IMG/VR virus record: IMGVR_UViG_3300017917_004576 | Location: 1 to 64,000 of that record | From: a virus | DNA: 64,000 nucleotides | Strand: one strand, 5' to 3' | Shown: piece by piece, positions 17,378 through 27,903 of the stretch | Layout of the letters: each line of letters begins with the position of its first letter | How positions within the stretch are numbered: the stretch's first letter is position 1 | Program-made: the position numbers and the translations under genes | The notes under the pieces: model-generated | The model's database searches: none | What the model saw: the letters and a program-made list of their open reading frames with translations, nothing else | Told to the model about the DNA's origin: nothing

Positions 17378-17601
17378 GCAATTTTACTATAGAAATTTTT
17401 GATACTAAAAATATTGTGGAAATTGAAACCACTGTTGGAAACATATTAAATAATTTAGAAATTGAAACTAGCAGTGATAGAAGCGTTGAAATAGTATCTG
17501 GATCAACAGTTGGTTTTATATCAGTATCCGATATACTTGGATTAGATGAATATTTATCTAATTTTATAGATGAATATGAAATAGACTGCGGCTCTCCCTA
17601 A
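17365..17601 (+). CDS. Small acidic hypothetical virion protein
   Basis: Ends in IDCGSP, like IDGGSP of the next gene; true start may be TTG 17374. Confidence 0.55.
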   Translation: MRTLSNFTIEIFDTKNIVEIETTVGNILNNLEIETSSDRSVEIVSGSTVGFISVSDILGLDEYLSNFIDEYEIDCGSP

Positions 17602-17626
17602 TTATTAACAATAAGAGGTTATTATC

Positions 17627-19228
17627 ATGTCAGTACAAACGCTAATTCAAGTTCGTAGAGGCACAACAAGCGAATGGATTAATGCTAATCCAACACTAAG
17701 TGCTGGTGAATGGGGTTTAGATACATCTCTTAGAAAGTATAAAATAGGAGATGGATTAACAGCATGGAATAGCTTACCTTATGCTAGCATATTACCTAAT
17801 AGTAGCGATCTAGTAGGAACTAGCGGTATCGGTGTAAATTTTTCTGCTACAACAGGAACGCCCGTAACAGTTAGTGTTACTGGAATATTAGCTAGTCAGG
17901 TTCTTGATTTTTCTCAAGCTGTTGATAATGTTATTAATATAGAGAGTATTCAGGATATTATTGCTAGTGGCGATCATTTAACTACAGGATTTTTAAGAAA
18001 TGGTACCGGAGTAGTTATAAATTATGACGATAGTAGTAATTTTGTCAGCATTAATGTTAGTGGATACTCATTACTTAATCATACCCACTCTAGCTCTGAT
18101 ATAACGGATTTTAATGAAGCCACCCAAGACGCTATTGGAACTAATGCTGGATCAAGCGGATTTTTAAGAAATGGTAGCGGATTAGCATGGACTTATGATG
18201 ATGGCGGCGATACATTAACAATTGGCGTTACTGGTATTCCATCATCTTTAATTACAGACTTTGCTAATGCGGTAAGCGATCAAGTAGACACCACACTGTC
18301 TGCTGGAACAGGAATTGTTTTAAGTTATGATAATGGTACTAACACTTTGACAATAGATACTAGTGGATATTCATTACTAAATCATACTCATGTGTGGAGC
18401 AATATAACTGATGCTAGTAGTATTGTTACTACTGGTGAATTAGCATATCTTTCTGGTGTTGTTGCTGGTACCGCTAGCTCTGATCGTGCTGTTGTATTAG
18501 ATGGTAATAAAAATATTAATGGAATTGGTGGGATAACTACAACTGGTAATGTTACAATTGGTGGAAATCTTAATGTTCAAGGTATAACAACCACAGTAAA
18601 TAGTACCACTGTTGATATCGGTGATAATATTATACGAGTTAATACTAGTGGATTAACTACTGGTGGATTTGAAGTTTATACTGGAGTTGATTATAAACAA
18701 TTAGTTTGGAATGTATCTAATAATAGATGGGAATTTACTGGCGGCAATGTTTATACGTCTGGTGATTTTATTAGTAATAGTTTACAAGTAGCGTCTACGG
18801 GCTTGGTTACTAATCTAAATGCTGATTTATTAGATGGACAGCATGGTAGTTATTATCGAAATTTTGCTAGCTTAACAGGATTACCTGACCCAATTATTAC
18901 TGGAACATTAACTGGAGATGTTACCGGAAGTAGTAGTGTAACATTAACAGATCTTGGTAATGGAACACTAAGTATTAGCACAACATTATCTGACAATACT
19001 GTTACTAGTGCTAAAATTGTTAATGGCACTATAGTAAATGAAGATATTAATGCTAGTGCAGCTATTGCTGTGACTAAATTAGCTAGTAGTGGAATAACTT
19101 TAGGTAGCACAAATATTAATCTTGGTCAAACTAGCACAGTTATTGATGGATTAACAAGAATTAGTGGTGTTAGTGCTCTTAATCCAACTTATATATACTA
19201 TGCCATAATTGATGGTGGCTCTCCATAA
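17627..19228 (+). CDS. Fibre protein with Mtd_N/hyaluronidase-N-like anchoring domain
   Basis: IQVRRGTTSEW...NPTLSAGEWGLDT...KIGDG..AWNSLPY; HTH(S/V) repeats; NLNADLLDGQH. Confidence 0.75.
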   Translation: MSVQTLIQVRRGTTSEWINANPTLSAGEWGLDTSLRKYKIGDGLTAWNSLPYASILPNSSDLVGTSGIGVNFSATTGTPVTVSVTGILASQVLDFSQAVDNVINIESIQDIIASGDHLTTGFLRNGTGVVINYDDSSNFVSINVSGYSLLNHTHSSSDITDFNEATQDAIGTNAGSSGFLRNGSGLAWTYDDGGDTLTIGVTGIPSSLITDFANAVSDQVDTTLSAGTGIVLSYDNGTNTLTIDTSGYSLLNHTHVWSNITDASSIVTTGELAYLSGVVAGTASSDRAVVLDGNKNINGIGGITTTGNVTIGGNLNVQGITTTVNSTTVDIGDNIIRVNTSGLTTGGFEVYTGVDYKQLVWNVSNNRWEFTGGNVYTSGDFISNSLQVASTGLVTNLNADLLDGQHGSYYRNFASLTGLPDPIITGTLTGDVTGSSSVTLTDLGNGTLSISTTLSDNTVTSAKIVNGTIVNEDINASAAIAVTKLASSGITLGSTNINLGQTSTVIDGLTRISGVSALNPTYIYYAIIDGGSP

Positions 19229-19259
19229 TTTATAATACTGGTAGGTTTGAGGATATTTT

Positions 19260-22139
19260 ATGCCAGTAAATGATTATATTCTACTTAGAAAAGGTTCCAG
19301 TTCGGAATGGAGTAGTGCTAATCCAGTATTAGCTAGCGGTGAACCAGGATTCGATATAACTAATAATATATTGAAAATTGGTGATGGAGTTACAACTTGG
19401 CCTAATTTAGATCCTATAGGTAGTGGTTTTATTTCTTCGCATACCGAAATTAATGTATTAAGTCAAGAACCACAAGGATTTGTTAATAGAATAGATAGCT
19501 CTATCAGTTTTAATGATAGTACTAGAACTTTTACTATTCAACCTACTGGTTCTAGTTACGATGTTTATATTGAAGGTATTAAAGTTACTAAAACTGGTAT
19601 TGAAACCGTAGTTATCGATAGTGGTACAGCATTAAATTATATTCATTTTGATACTGATACATATCAACTACAAACTAAAACTTCATTTTTTAATTTTGAT
19701 ACTGATGTTCCAATTGCTTTCATCCACTGGAATAGTGGTATTGGTCAAAGCACATTTTTTGGAGAAGAACGTCATGGTATAAGAATGGATAGTGTTACCC
19801 ACAAGTGGATCCACAATACTTTTGGTATGCAATATATTGATGGACTAAGTATCGGTAATTATGTTTTATTAGGCGATGGTAGTTCAAATAGTCATGCACA
19901 AATAAGTGTTAGTGATGGCACCCTATATCAAGAAGATATAATTATTAATATTACTGATGGAGATAATAATGTTGAATTTACTCAACAGCTATCTCCAACT
20001 GGTTATTTTCCAGTTTATTATCATAGTGGAATTACTGGTCAATGGGTAAGAGATTCTGGAACACCATATCCAGTTAAATACAATGCTACAAGAGCATTAT
20101 ACAATTCGTATTCTGGTGGAACTTGGTCAGTTATTAATGTTCCAAATAATAGATATTTTGCAATGTGGCTCGTTGCTACAAATGATATTAATGATCCTAT
20201 ATTGTCAATCATGGGACAAAGAGAAGATAGCAGTTTAGGCAGTGCGGAAAATAATAATAACTGGACTGATATTGACCTGACAAATATTCCAACAAATGAG
20301 CTACGACCATTATACAGATTAATTTTCTTAACAAATAATACTTTTACCAATACTCCCAAAAGTAGTTTGCAAAGCATATTAGATTTACGCAAGAGTATAA
20401 TTACTACAACATATGGGGTACCTCAAAATGACCACGGGGTTTTATTCGGTTTGGGGGATGATGATCATGCTCAATATGTTCATATAAATGAAGCTAGAAC
20501 GATTAGTGCTAATCATACATTTACAAATGGATTAACCATTAATAATGGACTATTATCTGCTACTAGTGGTAATTTTACATCATTAACTGTTAATAATACT
20601 GGAGTGAGTCTTAGTGGCCATACTCATAGTTCTAGTAATATAACTAATTTTAACTCTTCGGTTAGTGGCTTGGTTAACGGGATATATGCTCCGTTAACAG
20701 GAACTCTAAATCAATTTGCAAATACTACATCATCTCAATTAAGTTCGGTAATATCTGATGAGACTGGTTCTGGATTATTAGTATTTAACAATAGTCCAAC
20801 TTTTACAGGAATTCCATTAGCTCCAACAGCAACTAGTGGTACAAATACTAATCAAATAGCTAGTACCTCGTTTGTAAGAACAGAAATTAGTAATCTTGTA
20901 AATTCTGCGCCATCAACACTAGATACTTTAAATGAACTTGCGGCAGCATTAGGAAATGATGCTAATTTTAGCACAACAATCACAAATACTTTAGCTGATA
21001 AAGCAAATCTGAGTGGATCAACTTTTACTGGAAGCATTAGCGCTCCTAGCGGTAATTTTACTCAAAGTTTACAAGTTAATGGTACAGGAGTAAGTTTGAG
21101 TGGTCACTCTCATACAAATAGCGATATTACTAACTGGAATGAGGCTGTTGATGATAGAGTAAATGATTTACTAGTTGGAATTAGTGGAATTAATATTAGT
21201 TATAATGATAATAGTAATACTATTAATATAGCTTATACCGGATCGTCTGGTGGGGGTGGTGGAGGGGGCGGAGTAGTAATAAATAATTATTCTGATAATA
21301 GATTATTAACTAGTGATGGAAGTAGCACCGGAATAGATGCTGAAAGCGGATTAATATTTTTATCTAATAGTAATAAATTAGGAATTGGTACAACTGATCC
21401 TTACGGAAACTTAGGCTTGAGTAATGGTTATTTTAATAGTACTGGCGATTCTCAAAAAAGCTCTCTTACTGTTAGAAATAATACATCAAATAACAGTTCA
21501 ACAACGCTATATGCTGATGGCATTTCTGAAAAATTAGTATTACCAATTAGCGGTATTTGGAATTTTAATATTAATTTGGCTTGTTTTAGTAGCACTAATG
21601 AAGGCGCTGCTGGTTGGAATTTTAGAGGGTGTATTAAAAGAAATAGTTCCACAACATCTTTGGTTGGATCTCTTATAGAAGAAAACTTTATCGATAGTAG
21701 TCTTAATGGAGTATCTGCAACAGTAGTTGCTAATACTGGAACATATAGTTTAGATATTAATGTTAATGGCTTAAATAGTAATAATATTCTTTGGACAGCA
21801 GGAGTAGATTTGGTTCAAACTCTTTTTAGAGGATCGGCAGCAGCATCGACTCCCACCCCAACACCGTCTGTAACAGCAACACCAACCATCACAAGCACAC
21901 AAACATCAACACCCACAGTAACTCCAACCAATAGCGCAACCCAAACAATAACTCCAACGATAACTCCAACCAATAGTGCAACACCGACGACAACTCCGAC
22001 CATAACACCAACAGTTACAGCTACTACAACCAACACGCCCACAGTAACCAATACAACAACACGAACACCAACACCAACAGTTACTCCAACATCCACTCCA
22101 CCATATATGGGTGGTCAAAAGTATAACTTTATTCCATAA
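19260..22139 (+). CDS. Fibre protein with Mtd_N-like domain and Thr/Pro-rich C-terminal tail
   Basis: LRKGSSSEW..ANPVLASGEPGFD...KIGDG; APSTLDTLNELAAALGND fibre motif; about 90-aa TP repeat at 21850-22100. Confidence 0.75.
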   Translation: MPVNDYILLRKGSSSEWSSANPVLASGEPGFDITNNILKIGDGVTTWPNLDPIGSGFISSHTEINVLSQEPQGFVNRIDSSISFNDSTRTFTIQPTGSSYDVYIEGIKVTKTGIETVVIDSGTALNYIHFDTDTYQLQTKTSFFNFDTDVPIAFIHWNSGIGQSTFFGEERHGIRMDSVTHKWIHNTFGMQYIDGLSIGNYVLLGDGSSNSHAQISVSDGTLYQEDIIINITDGDNNVEFTQQLSPTGYFPVYYHSGITGQWVRDSGTPYPVKYNATRALYNSYSGGTWSVINVPNNRYFAMWLVATNDINDPILSIMGQREDSSLGSAENNNNWTDIDLTNIPTNELRPLYRLIFLTNNTFTNTPKSSLQSILDLRKSIITTTYGVPQNDHGVLFGLGDDDHAQYVHINEARTISANHTFTNGLTINNGLLSATSGNFTSLTVNNTGVSLSGHTHSSSNITNFNSSVSGLVNGIYAPLTGTLNQFANTTSSQLSSVISDETGSGLLVFNNSPTFTGIPLAPTATSGTNTNQIASTSFVRTEISNLVNSAPSTLDTLNELAAALGNDANFSTTITNTLADKANLSGSTFTGSISAPSGNFTQSLQVNGTGVSLSGHSHTNSDITNWNEAVDDRVNDLLVGISGINISYNDNSNTINIAYTGSSGGGGGGGGVVINNYSDNRLLTSDGSSTGIDAESGLIFLSNSNKLGIGTTDPYGNLGLSNGYFNSTGDSQKSSLTVRNNTSNNSSTTLYADGISEKLVLPISGIWNFNINLACFSSTNEGAAGWNFRGCIKRNSSTTSLVGSLIEENFIDSSLNGVSATVVANTGTYSLDINVNGLNSNNILWTAGVDLVQTLFRGSAAASTPTPTPSVTATPTITSTQTSTPTVTPTNSATQTITPTITPTNSATPTTTPTITPTVTATTTNTPTVTNTTTRTPTPTVTPTSTPPYMGGQKYNFIP

Positions 22140-22150
22140 CAGAGATATTT

Positions 22151-25100
22151 ATGAGTATTAATTTTAATGATCATGATATTACTACTAGTGGAAATTTAAC
22201 TGCTAATAGCGGTAATTTTATTAGTTTAAATATTAATAATACTAGTATTAGTGGAATATTTGCCCCATTATCTGGTTCGCTTAATCAATTTGCTACTACT
22301 TCTTCATCTCAATTAGCCAGCGTTATTAGTGATGAAACAGGATCAGGATTTCTTGTTTTCTCTAATAGTCCAATCTTAACCGGTACTCCATTGGTTCCCA
22401 CAGCATCAAGTGGCACCAATACTAATCAAATTGCTAGCACAAGTTTTGTACGAACCGAAATTAGCAATTTAGTAAATTCTGCACCAAGCACTCTTGACAC
22501 ATTAAATGAACTAGCTGCTGCTTTAGGAAACGATTCTAATTTTAGTACCACAGTAACTAATAGTTTAGCTAATAAAGCTAATCTTAGCGGATCTTCTTTT
22601 ACAGGCTCAGTATCTGCACCAACAGGTAATTTTACTATTTTACAACAAAACGGAACTAATGTTAGCATTAGCGGTCATACTCATACTGGCAATGATATCT
22701 TAATAGAATACGATGACTATAATAACACCACTTTATACAAAGGATCTGATGCGGCTAAATTTTTACAACAATTAAATTGGGATGGTATAGGAGATGCTAT
22801 TGATATAGTTGGAGGAATATCAACAGATCAGATAAATAATTTCAATAGTACTGTTAGTGGATTGCTTCCAACTATAGCTAATAGCGGAGATAATAGAGTT
22901 CTTACTAGTACAGGAAGCACTGTTGGAATTAATGCTGAAAGTAATTTAACTTTTAATGGAAATTTATTGAATGTAACTGGTAGTGGAAATTTCTCTAGTG
23001 GATTAGTTATATCTAATCAAACGGCTAGTACAATAGCAAGTTTTGATAGTAATAAAAATGTTGTTTCACTAAGTACAGCAACCTATCCATCACTCACAGA
23101 GCTTAGTTATGTTAAGGGCGTAACAAGCGCTATTCAAACTCAAATTGACTCTAAAGCAGCTACTAGTACAACAGTTACCGCAGGAAGCGGATTGGCTGGT
23201 GGTGGAAGCCTTGCTGCAAATAGAACAATAGATGTTGGACAAGGCGATGGAATTAGCGTATCCGCAGACAGCATAGCTGTTGATAGCACAGTGGTAAGAA
23301 CAACTGGTGTTCAAACTATAAGTGGATCTAGAACATATACTGCTGCTGTTGTTTTTTCTAGTGGCGTTACTGTTAGCGGTAATTTTACTATGCCAAATCA
23401 GACCGCTAGCACAATAGCTGGCTACGATGCAAATAAAAATGTTTCATCGCTAAGTACAAGTACATATCCATCATTGACAGAACTTAGCTATGTTAAAGGT
23501 GTTACTAGCGCTATACAAACTCAGCTAAATGCTAAAGCATCAACATCACATAGTCATACTACTTCGGATATTAGTAATTTCAATTCTGCTGTTAGTGGAT
23601 TATTACCGACTATAGCAAATAGTGGAAACAATAGAATACTGACAAGCGATGGAACAGCTACTGGTATCAATGCTGAAAGTAATTTAATTTTTAATGATGA
23701 GACATTATTTATTGGAGATTATACTGGTGACACTGGCGGAAAAATTGTGCTATATAATGGTAATGCTGGCGACGGATTGCCATCTATTACTTTTATAGAT
23801 AATAATGGAAATCATAATTTCAAAATATATATGGATGATTCCGACAATAAAAACTATATAAAAGCTGATAATGATCATGATTTAATTATTAGTGGATCAA
23901 ACAATAATTCTATTACATTAGATAATTTTAATGGAAAAATTAATATTGTTTCTAGTGGCGTTACTATTAGTTCTAGTGGCACAAATGTTCCACTTACCAT
24001 TACTAACGATGGTACTGGTAATAGTTTTGTTGTTAATGATGTTACTGGTGATACGACACCGTTTGTTATTGATAGTTCTGGAAATGTTGGAATAGGAACA
24101 ACCACCCCAACGTTTGTAAATAATACTTACTCTGGATTACATATACACGCAGCAACCGCTACTTCATTAAAACTAACAAATACTACTACGGGACAAACAT
24201 CTACGGATGGGTTTGAGTTATTACAGGATTCTGCTGGTAATGCTTATATATGGAATCGAGAAAGTACTAATATATCTATCGGTACTTCTGGAACGTCGTG
24301 TATTATAATAACTAGTGCTGGCAACGTTGGAATAGGAACCAGCACCCCATCTGCAACATTACACCTTGTTGGTAGTGGACTATTTACTGCTGGATTAAAC
24401 CTCAGTAATCAAACGGCTAGTACCATAGCAAGTTTTGATAGTAGTAAGAATATTATATCTTTAAGTACAGTAACCTATCCTAGTCTTACAGAATTAAGTT
24501 ATGTAAAAGGTGTAACAAGTGCAATCCAAACCCAGATTGACAGTAAGAGTTCCTCAACTCATGTTCACGGTAATATAACAAATGCTGGAGCCATAGGCTC
24601 TACGGCTAATTTGCCTTTGATAACAACCACAGGGGGCGTTATTACTGTTGGTTCATTCGGCACTGCTGTCAATACTTTTTGTCAAGGAAATGATAGTAGA
24701 CTAAGTGATTCTCGCGCCCCAACAGGAGCTGCTGGTGGTGATTTAACTGGAACATATCCTAATCCTACACTAACTAATACTACGGTAGTTGCTGGAACAT
24801 ATAAAAGTGTTACAGTAGATGCTAAGGGTAGAATTACTGGTGGAACTAATCCTACAACAATATCTGGTTATGGAATTACGGACGTTGGTAATGGAACACT
24901 CACTTTGAATGTTTCTGGAACTGGTTTGAGCGGATCAGCTTCTTTTACCGCTAATCAAAGCGGTAATACTACGTTTACAGTAACTTCTAATGCCACCAGC
25001 GCAAATACTGCTTCAGCAATTGTGGCGCGTGATGCTTCTGGTAATTTTAGCGCCGGAACAATTACTGCTACATTGAGTGGCAATGCTTCTACAACATCAC

Positions 25101-26200
25101 AAACCAATTTTACTAGTTTAACTGTTAATAGTAATACTGTATTACATGCTGGAAATTATAATTCTTACTCGCCAACTTTAACAGGAACTGGAGCTAGCGG
25201 CACATGGGGAATTAGCATTTCTGGTGGATTAACAGCAACAATACCCACACTGGGATATACACTCAGTACAGCAACAATATCTTATGGTGGACAGGCTGGT
25301 CCTCAAATACTTGGACAGGGTGGTAGTGGCTCAATAATTTCATTTCATAGACCCGGTGCTTATGCTGTGAATTTTGGATTAGATACTGATAATGTATTAA
25401 AAGTTGGTGGATGGAGTATGGGCGCTGTTGCATATCCTATATTACATAGTAATAATTATAATTCTTATGCTCCTACTTTAACAGGAACTGGAGCTAGCGG
25501 CACATGGGGAATCAACATAACTGGTAGTTCTGGATCAACCTCGCAAACTAATTTTTCTAATTTAACAATTAATTCTAGTCAAGTTTTATCTGCTGGTAAT
25601 TATAATTCTTATGCTCCAACGTTAACTGGAGGCAATGCTAGTGGAACATGGGGAATCAATATAACGGGTAGTTCTGGATCAACCTCACAAACTAATTTTA
25701 CTAGTTTAACTGTTAATACTAATACTGTATTACATGCTGGAAATTATAATTCTTACTCGCCAACACTAACTGGCGGCAATGCTAGTGGAACATGGGGAAT
25801 CAATATAACCGGTAGTTCTGCGTCAACCTCGCAAACAAATTTCAATACTTTAACATTAAGTACTAGTCAAGTTTTATCTGTTGGTAATTATGCTACCAAT
25901 GCTCCTGTTTCTAGTAGAAATTTTAGAGCGTGGGGATATTATAACGGCAGTGCCGCTAATCCGATTCCTGCGATTGATGGACTAAATGTGAGTACCGCAA
26001 GTAGAACTGCTAATGGAACTTATACGGTTACTTTAGGCGTAACTTTATCTAATAGTGATTATGCTGTATTTTGTAGTTCGGGTGTTGGTAGCACAGTGGT
26101 AACAAGTAGATCAACCACAACTGTTGGTATACTAACACAAACTACCGCAGCAGTACTAACAAATACATTTTTTACTATAGGAATTGTAGATACAATATAA
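22151..26200 (+). CDS. Long tail-fibre-like protein with internal repeats
   Basis: LDTLNELAAALGND, GNVGIGTTTP, TVDAKGRIT motifs; 3x TYPSLTELSYVKGVTSAIQTQ; 4x PTLTGxxASGTWGI. Confidence 0.8.
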   Translation: MSINFNDHDITTSGNLTANSGNFISLNINNTSISGIFAPLSGSLNQFATTSSSQLASVISDETGSGFLVFSNSPILTGTPLVPTASSGTNTNQIASTSFVRTEISNLVNSAPSTLDTLNELAAALGNDSNFSTTVTNSLANKANLSGSSFTGSVSAPTGNFTILQQNGTNVSISGHTHTGNDILIEYDDYNNTTLYKGSDAAKFLQQLNWDGIGDAIDIVGGISTDQINNFNSTVSGLLPTIANSGDNRVLTSTGSTVGINAESNLTFNGNLLNVTGSGNFSSGLVISNQTASTIASFDSNKNVVSLSTATYPSLTELSYVKGVTSAIQTQIDSKAATSTTVTAGSGLAGGGSLAANRTIDVGQGDGISVSADSIAVDSTVVRTTGVQTISGSRTYTAAVVFSSGVTVSGNFTMPNQTASTIAGYDANKNVSSLSTSTYPSLTELSYVKGVTSAIQTQLNAKASTSHSHTTSDISNFNSAVSGLLPTIANSGNNRILTSDGTATGINAESNLIFNDETLFIGDYTGDTGGKIVLYNGNAGDGLPSITFIDNNGNHNFKIYMDDSDNKNYIKADNDHDLIISGSNNNSITLDNFNGKINIVSSGVTISSSGTNVPLTITNDGTGNSFVVNDVTGDTTPFVIDSSGNVGIGTTTPTFVNNTYSGLHIHAATATSLKLTNTTTGQTSTDGFELLQDSAGNAYIWNRESTNISIGTSGTSCIIITSAGNVGIGTSTPSATLHLVGSGLFTAGLNLSNQTASTIASFDSSKNIISLSTVTYPSLTELSYVKGVTSAIQTQIDSKSSSTHVHGNITNAGAIGSTANLPLITTTGGVITVGSFGTAVNTFCQGNDSRLSDSRAPTGAAGGDLTGTYPNPTLTNTTVVAGTYKSVTVDAKGRITGGTNPTTISGYGITDVGNGTLTLNVSGTGLSGSASFTANQSGNTTFTVTSNATSANTASAIVARDASGNFSAGTITATLSGNASTTSQTNFTSLTVNSNTVLHAGNYNSYSPTLTGTGASGTWGISISGGLTATIPTLGYTLSTATISYGGQAGPQILGQGGSGSIISFHRPGAYAVNFGLDTDNVLKVGGWSMGAVAYPILHSNNYNSYAPTLTGTGASGTWGINITGSSGSTSQTNFSNLTINSSQVLSAGNYNSYAPTLTGGNASGTWGINITGSSGSTSQTNFTSLTVNTNTVLHAGNYNSYSPTLTGGNASGTWGINITGSSASTSQTNFNTLTLSTSQVLSVGNYATNAPVSSRNFRAWGYYNGSAANPIPAIDGLNVSTASRTANGTYTVTLGVTLSNSDYAVFCSSGVGSTVVTSRSTTTVGILTQTTAAVLTNTFFTIGIVDTI

Positions 26201-26213
26201 TGAAAGGAAATTT

Positions 26214-26777
26214 ATGATTGGTTTTATATATCCATACGATGATCATGTTGCTGTTGGATCTGTTGGTAAAGATGTATCATATATTGATGCTGTAAAATCG
26301 GGGGTTCCATCCGGTGTCCCATTTTTTATTCTTACTAATGAAAATGATATGAAAGGACCACCAGATTATGATGATTTATTTTTTGAAGCACTTATAGCTG
26401 ATTTTAGCGATCCTGACGGATACGGAACCGGCATGTCATATCAAGAACTAGTACAATATAATTCTGATAATAATATTGATAATTCAATAACCATAAATGA
26501 AATCAATAAAGTTAAAAATAGAACCATGAGTATAAATATGAATAAAGCACGAAACATTTGGAAAGATAAACTACGATCAGACAGAAAACCACTACTAGAA
26601 ACTCTTGATGTTCAGTATATAAGAGCATTAGAGCGTGGACAAACAGAAACTATACAAAAAATTGTGAAGAAAAAAGAATTATTAAGAGATATTACAGATG
26701 ATCCAAGAATAGAAAATGCACAGAATACTAATGATTTAAAAGAAGTAACTATTCCAGTTAATTTTATAGAGGAGTAA
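26214..26777 (+). CDS. Putative tail-fibre assembly chaperone
   Basis: Follows the fibre gene; VPSGVPFFIL and RKPLLETLDVQYIRALE...LRDIT segments typical of fibre assembly proteins. Confidence 0.6.
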   Translation: MIGFIYPYDDHVAVGSVGKDVSYIDAVKSGVPSGVPFFILTNENDMKGPPDYDDLFFEALIADFSDPDGYGTGMSYQELVQYNSDNNIDNSITINEINKVKNRTMSINMNKARNIWKDKLRSDRKPLLETLDVQYIRALERGQTETIQKIVKKKELLRDITDDPRIENAQNTNDLKEVTIPVNFIEE

Positions 26778-26781
26778 TTTT

Positions 26782-27108
26782 ATGAGTTTACCAGTATTAG
26801 CACCAGTTGAACCAAGCGTAATTCCAGCAAAAACCTACGATAAATTGTGGATTCAAGATGTGATGATTAGTGCACCTCATCCGGCCCAAGATGCCACATG
26901 CTCTGTTAGAATGGTCAAATTCGGAGTATTTGATGGAATTCCAGAAACTGAGCCGGGTAACAATGGAGTATGGATGAATATTGATGGTATTTTAACAAAA
27001 AGTTTAGAAGACAATGACCTTGCAAATATTATCCAATCACTACTATTATATATACAAAAGGTTGGTGTTGAAAAAGGTATTGTGGCACCACCAGCAAATC
27101 CAGAATAA
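26782..27108 (+). CDS. Hypothetical protein
   Basis: ORF track; GAGGAG Shine-Dalgarno. Confidence 0.65.
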   Translation: MSLPVLAPVEPSVIPAKTYDKLWIQDVMISAPHPAQDATCSVRMVKFGVFDGIPETEPGNNGVWMNIDGILTKSLEDNDLANIIQSLLLYIQKVGVEKGIVAPPANPE

Positions 27109-27119
27109 GGGGAAAAATT

Positions 27120-27305
27120 ATGGAATTAAGTCAAGGTGATATTCAGAATCTTATGGTTGTTATTGATATGGCTACCCAAAGAGGCGTTTTTAAGGCTAGT
27201 GATTTGGTAGCTATTGGTCAACTTTATGAAAAACTAAGTTCTATAAGTAAGAATTTAACTGAACAAAATAATAAAGTTGGATCAAATTCACCAGCTCCGG
27301 CCTGA
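27120..27305 (+). CDS. Small hypothetical phage protein
   Basis: IDMATQRGVFKASDLVAIGQLYEKL; AAGGGG Shine-Dalgarno. Confidence 0.65.
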   Translation: MELSQGDIQNLMVVIDMATQRGVFKASDLVAIGQLYEKLSSISKNLTEQNNKVGSNSPAPA

Positions 27306-27372
27306 AGCGTATTAAGCTAGTTGCTACTTATAATGGTGTATAAGTTAAATACTAACCTTCTGGGGATACTCT

Positions 27373-27891
27373 ATGAGCTGGCAGCTAGAAATACCAATTA
27401 TAGTTCGTAGTTTAATTAATGATCTTAGTGATAATCCAACATACAGCGACGAAAGAATCCAGCAACTAATAGTTGTAGCGGCTCAATACGTTACAAGAGA
27501 AGTTAATTTAAATAACGAATATAGTATTAATATTATCAATCCTGATATAATTCCTGATCCTACTCTTTTAGAAAATAAAGATGTGGATTTTATTAGTTTT
27601 ATAGCATTAAAGTCGTCTTGCTTTTTAGATCAAAGTAGTTTGCGCACACGGGCCGCTACAGAGGGCATTAGGGCTGCATTGGGACCAGCTAATATTAGTG
27701 TTGGTGGCAATGGCTCTTATCAATTTCTTTTAGAAAATGGTCCTTGTAAAATGTATGAGGACCTAAAACTTGATTATGAAATTGGTAATACTACCTTGCT
27801 ACGAGGTATTCTTAGTCCGTTTGTTGGTAATAATTTTGATCCGAGTTATTTACGATATCCTGGCGATCATGCTAGAGACCTTTATAGTTAA
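27373..27891 (+). CDS. Putative head-tail adaptor
   Basis: IVRSLINDL....YSDERIQQ helical N-terminus typical of adaptors; preceded by GTGTAT motif. Confidence 0.55.
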   Translation: MSWQLEIPIIVRSLINDLSDNPTYSDERIQQLIVVAAQYVTREVNLNNEYSINIINPDIIPDPTLLENKDVDFISFIALKSSCFLDQSSLRTRAATEGIRAALGPANISVGGNGSYQFLLENGPCKMYEDLKLDYEIGNTTLLRGILSPFVGNNFDPSYLRYPGDHARDLYS

Positions 27892-27903
27892 TGGAATAAT
27901 TCT

